A DNA stretch of 64,000 bases from Octopus bimaculoides (GCF_001194135.2 NC_068982.1:7895851-7959850), one strand, 5' to 3'; positions 1-13,392 are shown, counted from the first letter of the stretch. A program made the numbers and translations. Notes: generated from the letters alone by a model not told the origin.

Positions 1-2580
1 TCACGCTTGGATGGTGCTGTTAGTGCTCCACAGGCACAGGTGCTGGTCATCGAATATGCTTCAATTACGATTTCGATTTCACTTGCCCCAACAGGTATCC
101 ACAAGCAGAGTTTAGTGTCCAATGAAGGAGAGGTTGGCAGGGGTGCCAGTTTGTTTCGAATTTGGTTCGATTTCGATTTCAATTCACTTGTCTCAACAGG
201 TCTTCGCAAGTTTAGTGTCCAATGAAGTAAAGATATGAATAAGTATGCTGGCAACACTTCTGGCAGAGGCCACAGATTATGCTCTCACTTGGCTTGCCGG
301 CTCTTCTCACGTACTGCATATTTCCAAAGGTCCCAGTCACTAGTCATTGCCTCAGTGAGGCCTAAAGTTTGAAGGTCATGCTTCACCACCTCATCCCAGG
401 TCTCCCTGGGCCTACCTCTTGCACAGGTTCCCTCAACCGCTAGGGTGTGGCACTTTTTCACACAGCTATCCTCATCCATTCTTTCCACGTGACCATACAA
501 CCGCAATCATCTCTCTTGCACGCCACAACTGATGCTTCTTAAGTCTAATTTTTCTCTGAAGGTACTTACACTCTGTTGAGTATGCACACTGACATTACAC
601 ATCCATCGGAGCATACTGGCTTCGTTTTTTGTCAGCTTAGGCATGTCCTCAGCAGTCAAGACCCATGTTTCACTGCCATGTAGCATGGCAGTTTGTACAC
701 ATGCGTCATACAGTCTAGTCTGCCTTTTACTCTGACTGAGAAGCCCCTTGTCACCAGCAGAGGTAAGAGCTCTCTGAACATTGCCCAGTCTATTCTTATT
801 CTAGCAGCTACACTTTTAGCGCACCCTTTCCCGCTACTAACTTGGTCACCTAGATAGCAGAAGCTATCAACTACTTCTAGTTTTTCTCCTTGGAATGTAG
901 CAAAGGTTGTTGTCTGCACATTTTCAGTGTTTATTGCTCCTGAGCATCTGCCACATACAAAAACTATCTTGCTAGTAAGCCTTCTTTTGAAATTGCTGCA
1001 CCTCTTATGTGTCCATAACTCACATTGGGTACAACTTATAGAGTTTCTCCCTATGCCTTTTCTACAGATCGAGCAGCGCTATCTACCTGAAGGGGTTTGT
1101 GTTTTGTCTACCTTCCTACTTATTAGGACTTTGGTTTTAGCTAGGTTGACTCTAAGGCCCTTCGATTCTAGTCCTTGCTTCCACACCTGAAACTTCTCCT
1201 CTAGTTCTGACAGTGACTCAGCAATTAGTGCCAGGTCATCAGCATAGAGGAGCTCTGAAGGGCATCCTGTCTTGAATTCCTCTGTTATTGCCTGGAGGGC
1301 TATGATAAATAGGAGGGGGCTGAGGACTGACCCTTGGTGGACGCCCTACCTCTACCCAGAATTCTTCACTGTACTCGTTGCCAACCCTCTCCTTACAGTG
1401 TCCATGTACATGGCACGCACAGCTCTTACTAACCATTCATTTATCCCTAATTTCGTCATTGACCACTAGATAAGGGAGTGGGGTACCCTGTCAAAGGCTT
1501 TCTCCATGTCAACGAAAGCCAGGTACAGAGGTTTATCCTTGGCTAAGTATTTCCCCTGCAGCTGTCTTACCAGAAATATAGCATCAGTGGTGCTTTTCCC
1601 TGGCATGAACCCAAGCTGCATCTCATCTAAACTGACTCTCTCCTTAATTAGTTGGGCTATGACCCTCTCCGTGACCTTCATTACCTGGTCCAACAACTTG
1701 ATGCCTCTGTAATTGTTTGTGTCTAAAGCATCACCTTTACCTTTGTAGCAGTTGACTATGGTGCTGCTACACCAGTCATTGAGTATAACTCCTTCATGTA
1801 TCACCTGGTTAACAATACGGATGACTAGGCTATAACCGACACTGCCAGATATTTTTAGTATCTCTGCAGTGATTCCTGATGGGCCGGGGGCCTTCCCTGT
1901 ATTCATACTCTTAATTGCTTTATCTACCATGGTACTGTCAACTCGGATAGCTGGCCCCTCTGTTGGATCGACATGCGGCAAGCTCTGTTTCTCCCATTCA
2001 TTCTCTTTATTAAGCAACTTTTCATAGTGGCGTCTCCAAACATCTCTCTTTGCAGCCTCGTTTAGTGCAAGCATACCATCATCCATGCGAACACATTTCT
2101 CTCCTACGACATCACGATTCTCTCTCACACACAGTCTTGCAACATGAAATACTTCAAGTCTTTGGTCCTCACGGCACAGAACATTGGCATTCTTTTTCTT
2201 ATCTGCTTCCCCTCTGGCTAAATAAACCTGTCTCCTAGCTTCCCTTCTGGCAGTCTGATATAATTCCCTGCTACCTCCGTTCTTCCAGTCCTTTGAAGCC
2301 TGTTTCTTTTGTCTAATAGCCCTGTCAACCACATTGTTCCACCACCACGTTACTTTGGGTCGAGAGGGGACTTTGCACCATCCATAAATCTGGTCAGTGG
2401 CTCTCTGCAGGTTGTCCCGTAGAAACCTCCAATTGTCTTCCACATTATGTGATGCTATATCCCCTTCTATTTCGTCGAAAGCTTTGAGTAACACATCTCT
2501 AAATCTCTGTCCATTTGCAGGATCTTTAAGCTTCCAGACACTTCTCCAAGCTGGTCTAGTTCTGGGCATCCATTTAGCTT
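1..2580 (-). mobile_element. RTE-clade LINE, 5'-truncated and frameshifted; RT with internal PHD-type finger; 3'UTR runs off the window start
   Basis: ORF pieces [50 protein letters not shown] (gcatagagg...), [11 protein letters not shown]; stop at 287-285. Confidence 0.95.
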
Positions 2581-2977
2581 TGATCCCAAATTGCTAACTA
2601 CATTAGAATTAATTATAAATTATTTAAACATATTTAAAAAAATATACATATACTTTACCTGTTATTAGTCTGTGGGGAAAGAAGATAATATTAATCAACG
2701 CTACACGTGTTTCAACACTGGTGGTTTGTTTTACCAGGCCATACCTAATACGTAAATCCACCAGTGTATGTGTTTGTGCCCCCAACATCGCTTGACAACC
2801 GATGCTGGTGTGTTCATGTCCCCGTAACTTAGTGGTCTGGCAAAAGAGACCGATACAATAAGTACTAGGCTTCCAAAGAATAAGTCCTGGGGTCGAGTTG
2901 CTCAAATAAAGGCGGTGCTCCAGCATGGCCACAGTCAAAAGACTGAAACAAGTAAAAGAGTAAAAAGTAAAAAATTA

Positions 2978-3164
2978 TATATATAGAAAATGCTAATCAT
3001 AAAGAAACCCTCATCGACTATTTTAAAAGCACAAAATAAACCGCCTATCTATATAAACTTAACGGGAATTAATAAATAATAAAGTTTATATAGATACGCG
3101 GTTTATTTTGTGCTTTTAAAATAGTCGATGAGGGTTTTTTTATGATTAGCATTTTCTATATATA
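2978..3164. repeat. near-perfect fold-back palindrome, about 83-bp arms
   Basis: 2978-3060 versus 3082-3164, 2 mismatches. Confidence 0.95.
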
Positions 3165-3363
3165 TTGATATTCTATTTTTAGGTGTTTAATTTTATTTTA
3201 TTTAATTTTTATGAATGTTTTAAAATGTTATAATTTTCTAATTTTTAAAATCTTTAAAATTTTGTAAAAATATATTAGGAAGTTATATACATATATTTTT
3301 ATTTTTATTCTTATTTTTAATGAATATACCTTAGAGTTTGTAGGATTAGTAAAAAGAGGAAAA

Positions 3364-3446
3364 AAACCTGAAGATGCACTGGTGGATTTATGTATTAGGT
3401 ATAGCCTGGTAAAACAAACCACTAGGGCAGAAACACGTGTAGCGTT
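3364..3446 (+). ncRNA. type I hammerhead fold with long stem II and CACGTG palindromic stem III
   Basis: CTGAAGA 3368-3374; stem II 3375-3385/3419-3429 (10 of 11 pairs); GAAA-C-ACGT-G-TA 3430-3441; stem I weak. Confidence 0.6.
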
Positions 3447-3891
3447 GATTAATATTATCTTCTTTCCCCACAAACTAATAACAGGTAAGGTATATATATA
3501 TATATATATTTTAAAAATATGTTTAAATAATTTATAATTAAATCTATTATACTAGTGGTATGTTATAGTAGGTTATAAAATGCTTATATTATTAGATTAG
3601 TATTTTGGATATAATTTTTTATGTGTTCTCCAGTAAATAAGGTTGTCCTGAAATTGAAGTTGTGGTCCTATTGGTAAAATCCCAAATTTGTAATGATATA
3701 TGAAATATTAAAACGAGTAATTACTAATTCAGGCAAAATACTTCATAAGCTCTCTATTGGCACACAGAGCTAACAATATTGTTTAGATTGTTCTTATTTC
3801 TAGGTGTGAGGTTATATCTCATTACCATTCTATATTGTAAATCTGTGGTTGCACTCCAGTCAAACTGGTTTTTACAGTTATATATGACAAA

Positions 3892-4225
3892 GTATAAATA
3901 ATGGTTGTTATCTATTTTTCCTTTATTAAAGTAGATTAGGCTTACAGCTGTTTCCAGTAGTCATTATAGGTATGTTACTGATAGGTTTACTCAGTTGGTC
4001 TATTGATCGGCTGAGAATAATTGAACAACCTAAAAACTAATACTACTTTTGTCATGGCTCTGACGAAAGTAGCATTAATTTTCTTAGGTTGTTCAATCTT
4101 TCTCAACTGATCAATAGACCAATTAAGTTAATCTATCAGTAACATACCTATAATGACTATTGGAAACAGCTGTAAGCCTAATTTACTCTAATAAAGGAAA
4201 AATATGTAACGACCATTATTTATAC
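3892..4225. repeat. fold-back palindrome, about 150-bp arms
   Basis: gtataaataatggttgtt...cttacagctgtttcc versus ggaaacagctgtaag...aacgaccattatttatac. Confidence 0.92.
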
Positions 4226-4282
4226 CTTGTCTCATGTATGTGTGTGTATATCATCATCATCTAACATCTGCCTTCCATGCTG

Positions 4283-4384
<102 letters not shown>

Positions 4385-4461
4385 TTTATTTAAAAGTAGC
4401 AGAAATATAACAAAAAACTTACTCTGAGTTTCATGTTCCTGTTCATCGGACAGTTTCTAAC

Positions 4462-4507
4462 AAAACTGTCCGATGAACGGGAATGTGAAACTCCGAGTAA
4501 CAGTTTT
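4462..4507 (+). ncRNA. minimal type I hammerhead ribozyme fold (core variant CCGAUGA, GUA site)
   Basis: stem I aaaactgt/acagtttt (8 bp), core 4470-4476, stem II acg-ggaa-tgt, GAAA 4487-4490, stem III c-tccga-g, UA 4498-4499. Confidence 0.7.
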
Positions 4508-4620
4508 TCATTATATTTCTGCTGCTTTTAAATAAAGCATATTACTCTACCTCTGGTATTTGAGTACTCTTTTTTCCACCTTGTTGCACATTTATGTGCT
4601 TACTCCGGTATATATATATA

Positions 4621-4788
4621 CCACTCTCTGAGTGGTTGGCGTTAGGAAGGGCATCCAGCTGTAGAAACTCTGCCAAATCAGACTGGAGCCTGGTGTTGCC
4701 ATCCGGTTTCACCAGTCCTCAGTCAAATCGTCCAACCCATGCTAGCATGGAAAGCGGACGTTAAACGATGATGATGATGATGATGATG
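4621..4788 (+). repeat. isolated RTE 3'-terminal tail; further copies at 20480-20655(+), 21640-21740(-), 27748-27900(-), 51995-52035(-), 52520-52660(+), 54370-54505(+)
   Basis: gagtggttggcgttaggaagggcatccagctgtagaaactctgcc...catgctagcatggaaagcggacgttaaac(gat)n. Confidence 0.9.
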
Positions 4789-4794
4789 ATAGAA

Positions 4795-5070
4795 ATTAGG
4801 TAGTAGTAGCCAACAAGGCTACTTCCAAGAAAATGCAAATAATGAGTGGTGTCCCACAGAGCACTGTCTTGGGGCCACAGCTATTGATAGTGGCCCTCTC
4901 AGACATGCCCTCAGCTATTGAGATAATCACCTGTGATAGCTATGCAGACAATACAACATTTTCTTAGAAAACGCAGAACCCAGATGTTGTGCACCTGTAA
5001 CAGGAGTTGGACATGATATACAGGTGGGCTGAGGACAGTAATATACTTGAAAATTCCAAGCTCTGTGCTA
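4795..5070 (+). mobile_element. decayed CR1/L2-like RT fragment
   Basis: SGVPQSTVLGPQLL...SYADNT..QELDMIYRWA reading. Confidence 0.7.
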
Positions 5071-6199
5071 CTATAACTCTCCAGCCTTCACATGTCCTCT
5101 GCATTTAGTGCCTACATCTCAATACCATGAAGCATAGCTATACTTATAGAAGCATTTAAATCCTGCTACTTATTTTGTTGAATTCTTTTGTTGAATCACT
5201 AAGTTACTGGGGTATAACCAAACCAACATATACAGCAGAATGTTTTTAGTGTAGCACAAAAGACAGTGCAGCAACTGGTGTGGTTGCAAACAAAACTAAA
5301 CTATGTACACCTACACCACGAGACCACCACAAATAATAGACTTAGGATGGTCAACTTTGCTGTCATGTGGACCATCACACCAGTTCTGATAAATATCAGA
5401 GGCCTTCCATAAAACAACAGCAAACACAAAACTGCATACCTGAGGAATCTTTCTGCATGCAATCAAGCAATGCCATGGAGCATAGCAATGCTTACATAAG
5501 CACCATATAAAATACCTTTCACTCTGAATGATAGGCCTTTTGTTCTCAAGAGAGATAATTACTCTCTGAACCTTCTCCATTCTACTCTCATTCTAGTTGC
5601 TATAGTATAGTACCTATTCTAAAATCAGTACACCATGTCCCTGCGTTTTGTAAGAGGTGAGTAAAAAGTTTGGCAATAGAAAGGGTATCCAGCTGGAAAA
5701 TATTGTCAGAAAAAATGTCTGGCTCTTTTCTACATGTATATTTTTCAAGAAGGAAAATGCTTGTATTCAGTTGGTAAGAGAATGGACATTTTAGTTTTAT
5801 GATAAATAAAACATTTTTTTATTTTTGTAGTCTTGCAGCAATTCCAGGTGGTCATAGAAAATTGATAATGAACTGTCTTTCTACTTTAGTAAATTAACAC
5901 AAAGGATTGAGCTAACAAAGGAGACTCTGCACATGTTCCACCTTCAAGCCATATCAGCCAAATCCCCCCAAATCACAGTATTATAGTGGCTTGAAGTAAA
6001 GGATACTTTGGATAATATAGACACTCCTTAGAAAAATAGAATGGTCAAGGTTGAAATGTCTTTAATCACAGACCTGCTCAATCAGAGATATCCTGGTACT
6101 AAACAACAACAACAATGAAACAAAAGATTGAACTGCTCAATCAGGGCAACTTAAAAAGGTGCAATAAGAAAACAAGTTTTTTCTGATAGTTTGATATAA

Positions 6200-6205
6200 T
6201 TTATT
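6200..6205 (-). promoter_or_regulatory. candidate AATAAA polyadenylation signal about 215 nt after the stop
   Basis: tttatt on the plus strand; hexamer only, in AT-rich sequence, so weak. Confidence 0.25.
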
Positions 6206-6420
6206 TTCAATTAATAATATAATTTGTATCCTGAATTTTTGATATGGTTATTGAAATATTTCAGAGTAGATGTTTGAAATACTACTATTCATATTTCAAA
6301 CCTTTAACAAAATTTTTTTCATTATTTTTTCCATTATGTATTTTAAATTGCTATTTCCCACTATATTTTGGACAGACAAATCTTTTTCCTAATTAGAAGG
6401 CCATTAGTACTTTTGTGATC

Positions 6421-6719
6421 TTATCTACATTTAGTACAGTCACAACTGCATATTTCTGGATAATACATGACAGTTTCTATGTTATCTGGTGGACAGAGAA
6501 CTGTAACTTGTCTGAGTTTTATTGCTTTCGCTTGACAGCATTCACATTTATTATTGAACATATCATCAGTGACTATATCTGGTTTATAACTCATCAACAT
6601 TACTCCAGATGTACTTTCAGCACAATGCCCTGAACACTGAGTTACCTTCACCTTTTGAATTGCAGTACAGGTTCCATTTGAAAGGTACTGGTAATCAACT
6701 TTCACTTGGCATTTGTTTT
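6421..6719 (-). CDS. terminal exon, C-terminal cystine knot (CSGHC...CECC...CSCDCTKCR*)
   Basis: cttccag acceptor, TAA stop at 6423-6421; CxGxC and CxCC motifs of VWF/mucin CTCK. Confidence 0.95.
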
Positions 6720-9700
6720 CTGGAAGAAAAGGAACAGAATTTATTATGAACATAAAAAAAAAACTTCTTGTCATTATTTCAGATATAAAAATGTTGCAAG
6801 ATTATATTGCAAAACAAATATATAAACGGAATATATTTTTATGACTTAGATATGTATATCTTATAAAAATATTCTCCTCTTATTTATGTGGGTATAATTT
6901 ATTTTGTGTGCACAGTAGGACATGTGACTATTACTGTATGAGTTATCATTATCCTGTCAGTTTCCAGTATAGCAGTTAGTTGACCACTGTACTTAGCAGT
7001 ATTGCTAGTTATGATATACAGAGGATATATCAAGGAAAATTAAGATAAACACCAATATAAATATTTGGTTCCTACGTCCATTTCACCATTGCAGTTATTT
7101 GGAACTCAGTATTGGATGTTCCAAGTGTATTCGGATGCCTAGCTGCAGCGGATCATCAGGAGAAGACTTTATCGTATTCTGTTTCAGAGATCTAATATCT
7201 GAAGTCAGACGCATGATGAGGTAATTTATAAGTATTTAGCAACGGGAAGAGAAAGAAAGCAAGTGTTGGAGAGAAAGTGAAAGAAGACAGAATAACACAG
7301 TAATAAACAAGATAAAATTTACCAGTATATTAGTAAATAAATAAAATATAAAAATACATACATGCATGCATACATAATGTAGACACACACACACACAACA
7401 TTTGCGTAGGCCTCTACTTCAGAGTGAAAGGCAAACTGGATGATGTCTGTATGCAAACAACCATACTATATGGCATTGAAACATGGGCTATAACTGCTGA
7501 AGACATGCGTAGGCTTGAAAGAAATAAGCTAGTGTGCTTCACTGGATGTACAATATCAGTGTGCATGTACAACAGAGTGTAAGTGTTTTGAGAGAAAAGT
7601 TGGGCATAAGAGGCATCAGATGTGGTGTGCAAGAGAGACAACTGTGTTGGTATGGTCATGTGATGCATATGGAGGAAGGTAGCTGTGTGAAGAAGTGCTG
7701 ATCTCCAACGGTAGAGGGAACCTGTGGAAGAGGCAGACCCAGGGAGATTCAAGAAAACATGGGATGAGGTGATGAAGCATGATCTTTGAACATTAGACCT
7801 CATGGAGACAATGATAAGTGAACTGGGACCTTCGCGATATACCGTGATTGAGAAGACCCGTCAAGCCAAATGAGATCATAGTCGAGGCCGATACTGGTGT
7901 CATGTAACTGGAACCCTTGTTGGTGGCACGTAAAAAGCACCCATTACACTCTTGGAGTGGTTGGTGTTAGGAAGGGTGTTCAGCCTTAGAAACCATGCCA
8001 AATCACAGTGGAACCTGGTGTAGCCCTGCAGCTTACCAGTTTCAATCAAACAGTCTAACCTATGCCAGCATGAAAAGCAGATGTTAAATGGTGATGGTGA
8101 AGATGATTTCAAGTGAAGATCAATACGAAAGTAACTGAAAATAAATTTTAAAAAATATATGCATTCAGACGGATAGGTAAGGGAGAAAAACATAAAAAAA
8201 AAGAAAAAAAGCAGGAAGTGTGCAGAAGGAGTTAAAAGGAGTATATTGTGATGATCAGTATTTTAATTCTGTTCTTGAGGATGACATGTGGAGTTGGAAA
8301 AGTGTAAGTGGATTGTAACTCTATGCTAAGTTGGTAATACCTAGCAGATAAATGAAAAGACAAGCAGCATAGGAGTTAAAGGTGACTAAATATAAACACA
8401 TAATTTAGAACAGATGTCTAAGTTCACCAGGACACTGATACAGGCATATGCTCACAATGTACAACCACACATACACACAAAACCCAGTCATTCCCATCTC
8501 ACTCATTATCCTGTATTGACCCTCCTCCAGGGAGGTTTCTGAGTTAAGGTGGCATGAAGTTGGTTGGGTTTGTGCTGCATCAATCCATGCAGTGCCAGTA
8601 GAAAACCAAAGGAGGAGCGGGAGAGAGAAAGGAGACAACACATCTACAGACCAGAGGTTGATGGGTGTATACTTATATAAGTTTATTAATACATATACAG
8701 GAGGAAAACTTGCAGTTTGATCCACTAAACTTATCCAACATTTCCTAAGTCCATGTATTTTGCTTAATTTCTCAATAAAATTGGATCTAAATAAATTGAT
8801 AATGGAGTCAAAAAGATTTTTACCTGATTTCAGTTTGCACACTGGACAGCATGGGTTAATTTCTGGGAAAAATAGCTCTTCATCCTAGATAAAAGGAATG
8901 AAAAGAATGATTTCTATAATTTTGTTGCTTTGAATATATTTATTTTGCAAGGAAATTGATAGTATTCATTCGTTGTATGTTATAAGCATATGATGTGATT
9001 GTTGGTTATTAGAATGGAGTAAGTTGTGCAGAAAATAACAGTAATAAACTTTTAGAGAAACTGAAATAGGATATCCAAATGGGTGACATGTCTGAGTGTA
9101 AGCTTGATTCCATTTACTTCAAACTAACTCTCATTGTGTTACATTAATGATTGATATAGACACCTGGTTCTCTCTGTCTCTTTCTCTCTCTTAATTTTTA
9201 GATCCTCCAGTGTTGTCAATATGGTGGGCAATGAGCCTTTTCTAAACATCCTGATTGTTTGCTTTCTTCTTAGTTCCACTTGGGCTGATTTTCATTGCTA
9301 TCATGTCCCAGAATATATTGTCATATTTCCCTTAGTCTTCCACTCAGTCTTTTACCGTCTTCCAGTGTCTACTCCATCACAATGGTACCATATCTTTTAT
9401 GTGGCTAGTTGGTGTTAGTGATGATACTGCTTGTATCAGACATAGTAGTAGCAGTGGGGATCATGCTATCATTATTTAAATTTTGGAAACATCTGATGCA
9501 TAAATTAAAATATTCTCCAATACACATTTAAATATCAGAATATTAAACATAAACATTTTTGTTTAAGAGATTTGGTGATGTTTAGGAATATTTTCTTGTT
9601 CAACTTTATTAAAGAACTTTACCAAACTATTTTATGATTCAGTTAATATGGCTTAACAAATAACAGTCACAGATCAGCTATGTACAGTAATGAAACTTAA

Positions 9701-12700
9701 ATTATCTTTGAACTTTTCCTTTAATTACTAATAATGAATCTCAGCCACTTATATCCATTTAAGTTTTAGTAACCTAATCTATTAGTAATAATGGGGTACA
9801 AGTCAGCCCTGATTGAGCAGGTTTATGATCACAGGTATTCTCACCATGATCATCCTGTTTTTTTTTTAATTAGAATGTATCTTAGATGACATTCAATGTA
9901 TCTTCACTATTTTTTTTTTTTATAAAGCAGTAGGGTGTGATATGAGAGAGAGATTTGGCTACTATTTCTCACAAATTGAATGGGCCATTTAAAATGCTTG
10001 TAGTTAGTTTGTTAATATTCTTACATTTCATTTAAAATTCTGAAGTCATTGAATTAATATTTTGTAAAACATAAATCACTATTTTTGGGACCAAACATTG
10101 TAATGCATTTTTCCTATAACTATAGCTCATTGGTTTAACTTAGAAAATTTATTAGCTTTAATGACTAAACACTGTTGTTTTGCAAGACAGGAGTTTTGAA
10201 ATACATACTTCTTGTTAGCAGGTTAGTGTTGGAAATGTGCTTCTAAAAATTAATCAGTGGAAAATTCATGCAATATCAAAGACTGTATTGTTGTGAACTT
10301 TGTGGACAACTGAAAGTGGAATAAATCCTTTCTGCTGTAGGTCTGAAAATTTGGTGAGAGGGCTACTCAATTACATTGACCCCAGTGCTCATACTTACTT
10401 TATTGATCCTGAAAGGATGCAAAGCAAAGTTGATCTTGGTGGAATTTGAACTCAGAACATATAAAATATCTAATTGAGTTCATTCTTTTGAATGCAAACT
10501 GAATCACTGTAAACAAATACACTTTTTAAAACAATTGTGCAGATATTCAGTGATTTGAGGTATTACTGCTGTTGCAATGGCTGAGTGTCAATTTAACAAT
10601 GACGTTGTCATTCTCAATCTTCAGTTTCACTATATCACTGACCAATACAAGAAAGAAAAATCCAAAAAGAAGCTATATATGACTGAAGAACTGTACTGTT
10701 GCTGTCTGGGGACTGAATTTGGCAATGTTCTTTTGCTGGTATATTCAACTTCAAACTGTTGCTCACTATTGTAGGTAACTCTTTACCACAACTTCCAGTC
10801 TGCCGCAAATTGCAGGAAGATCACAAACACTGAGATACATTTCAGTTTGACTTTGCATTGTTTCTTAGAACCACTATGGTGATAAAAACCCTCTGTTAGA
10901 GTTAGGATTACTATTTGCCAATATAGAGCACTATACTGGTTGACAGGACTCCTCTATTTGGATTATGTGCTTGGTCCATTAGAGAATGTTCTTCACAGCC
11001 ATTGCAATATGTTCCAAAATTTTCTTATGAGGGATTTTATCTTTCCAAGTGATTCTAAGAATACACTGCAGACAACAAATGTGGAAGGTTTCTCTAAGCT
11101 CCTATTGGCTTTCTATCAAGCTTCCTACAAAGGAATTTAAATACTGGCAGTTTTGTAAACATTCATCTTTGAAAGAAATGAAAGTTCAGCTGAAAAATAT
11201 CTTCACATGCTTGTACAGGCTCCCAGCCGCAGAAGAGGATTAGTTAAATCTGTTATTAACTTTGTTGGTAAATTTTATGTAACTTGGGATGATGGTTTTT
11301 GATAGAAATATCAGTGGAAGGTGGATGATTATTTCTGAAAGAGGTTTGTAGTGTGAGAACCTTCTACAAGGTGCATTCCAGAAGTTTAGAGACTTTTTCA
11401 GGAGAGACAGTACTTCAGCCCCTTTCATGAAGTCCCTCATGGAAGTCTTCCAAAGTGAAGGTGTCCAGGACCTTTGTCACAGCCTCCTTCATCTTCTCAT
11501 TGTTTTCAAAATGACTGTCCATGAGGTTCTCCTTCAGCTTGAGTAACAACCAAAAGTATCAGAGAGCAAGGTCTGGACTGTAGGGAGGGTGAGGGACAGT
11601 TTTGGTGCCCATCTCAGTCAATTGGTGACCAGGATGAAATTGTGAACTGGTACATTGTCCTGGTGCAGGTGCGTCTAACCTGAATGAAAGAGCTCTGGCC
11701 TTTTGTAATGAAATCTCTTCCTGAACTCCTCTGCAAAGTACTTTTTGTTTATTATCTGACCACAGGAAACCCAGTGGATGTAAATTATGCCTTTTCTGTT
11801 GAAAAAGATCATGAGCTTCTTGGTGGATTTACTTTACCTGGCTTTCTTGAGTCTGTGAGTGTGAAGATGCTTCCATTTGACACTTTATGTCTTGATTATA
11901 ACAGTAGATCCAGCTTTTGTAACAGATCACCAGAGACTCAAGTACTCTTGGATTGGTGGATAGTGAACTCAACCACCTCCCTGCTGTCACCAATGCATTA
12001 CCTTCTGTTCATTACTGAGCTCTATAGGAACAAACTTTGTATAAATTTTGTGCAAGTTCAGATCATCATTGTTTTATGTCTATCTTGATGATAATGATGA
12101 TGAACTGAACTTGCACAAAATTTATGCAAAATTTGTTCAGATCTTTATGAATAATTGTGTACAGTTGCAACACTAACTCCAAATTGCACAATTATTGTCG
12201 TTATACACATGTCAGTCTTCATTCAGAAAATTGTGAATTTTCTCAGCCAGCTCTGACATCCTTCTCCTTTTCATACCTCTCATATCTTACTTTTTACTGT
12301 CCTTGAACTTTTTGTGCCAGTAAAAAATAGATACTTGTCTCATGCATGTTAATCCATAAGCAGTTTGGAGCATTTCATAATTTTCTGTAACATTTTCCCC
12401 CAGTTTAACTCATAACTTCATTGCACAGTTAGTTTCCAAATTGTCTTTACAGCCTAACTGCATTCTACAAACTAGTGAGCTATGATAAACAGTGTTTAGT
12501 AGGGTGTGTATAACCCTTTTGATGTCAATCCATCTGAAACTGCCTTTGGCTCTGTAGTACAAATGTCTTGTTTTCAAAAGTTTTGAATTAAAATCTTCCA
12601 CCAAACCTTAGTCACAATTTATGTTTCTAGCACTAGCTTAATAACTAAGTTATTTTACTGAATCCTTTGTTGTATTTAAAATTAATTGAAAGAAACACAG

Positions 12701-13392
12701 AACATCTCAACAGAAATATGGTAACAAAAGGGTTAAAGTGCAGTTACAACCATCTCCTTAAAGCTGGAATATGAAAAAGTTGGCAGGTTAGCTTATTAAA
12801 TGTATAGTAATGATATATCAAAATTTAAATAATCTGGGACAGTTATAACTACCTCTCCTAAAAATCTCTCAAACCTTCTGGAATGCAGTGTAAGTGTTCA
12901 ACACTTATCCCATTTGCTGATAGGCCTAATTTAATGACAGCAATTACCAATCCATGTGAAACAACCGAGCATCTTTGCTTTTCATAGTCCATAATAGTTT
13001 ACAGTTATCTTTAAAAACGTTTTCACATATTTTAGTTCCTGATGGCTTATGTACAACAAACGGGACAATTTTTGCTGTTACCAAGGTATTAAAATATTTA
13101 TAAGCAATTGCATTTTAGACACAGAAATAAATAATACTTACACTATTACACTCAGGGATTTCACATTTTCTTTGACACTGTACATTGCCACCAATACATT
13201 CACATGTATAACACTCACGTTCTGGATCAATCCACATTTCTTTATCCTAAAAGCAAAAGGTTGGTAAAAAAAAATTAACTTCATGAACTTTTGCAATAAG
13301 AATTTTTTTGTATTTATATAGGGTGCGACAGATAGGTTGCCCCAATTTCAAAAGTTAATAATTTGAAATCGGGGCAATCTTTCTGCTGCACA

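Larger units (their letters stand above)
2602..3548. repeat. outer inverted repeat, about 165-bp arms (2602-2768 / 3375-3548)
   Basis: direct reverse-complement comparison, roughly 90% identical. Confidence 0.9.
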
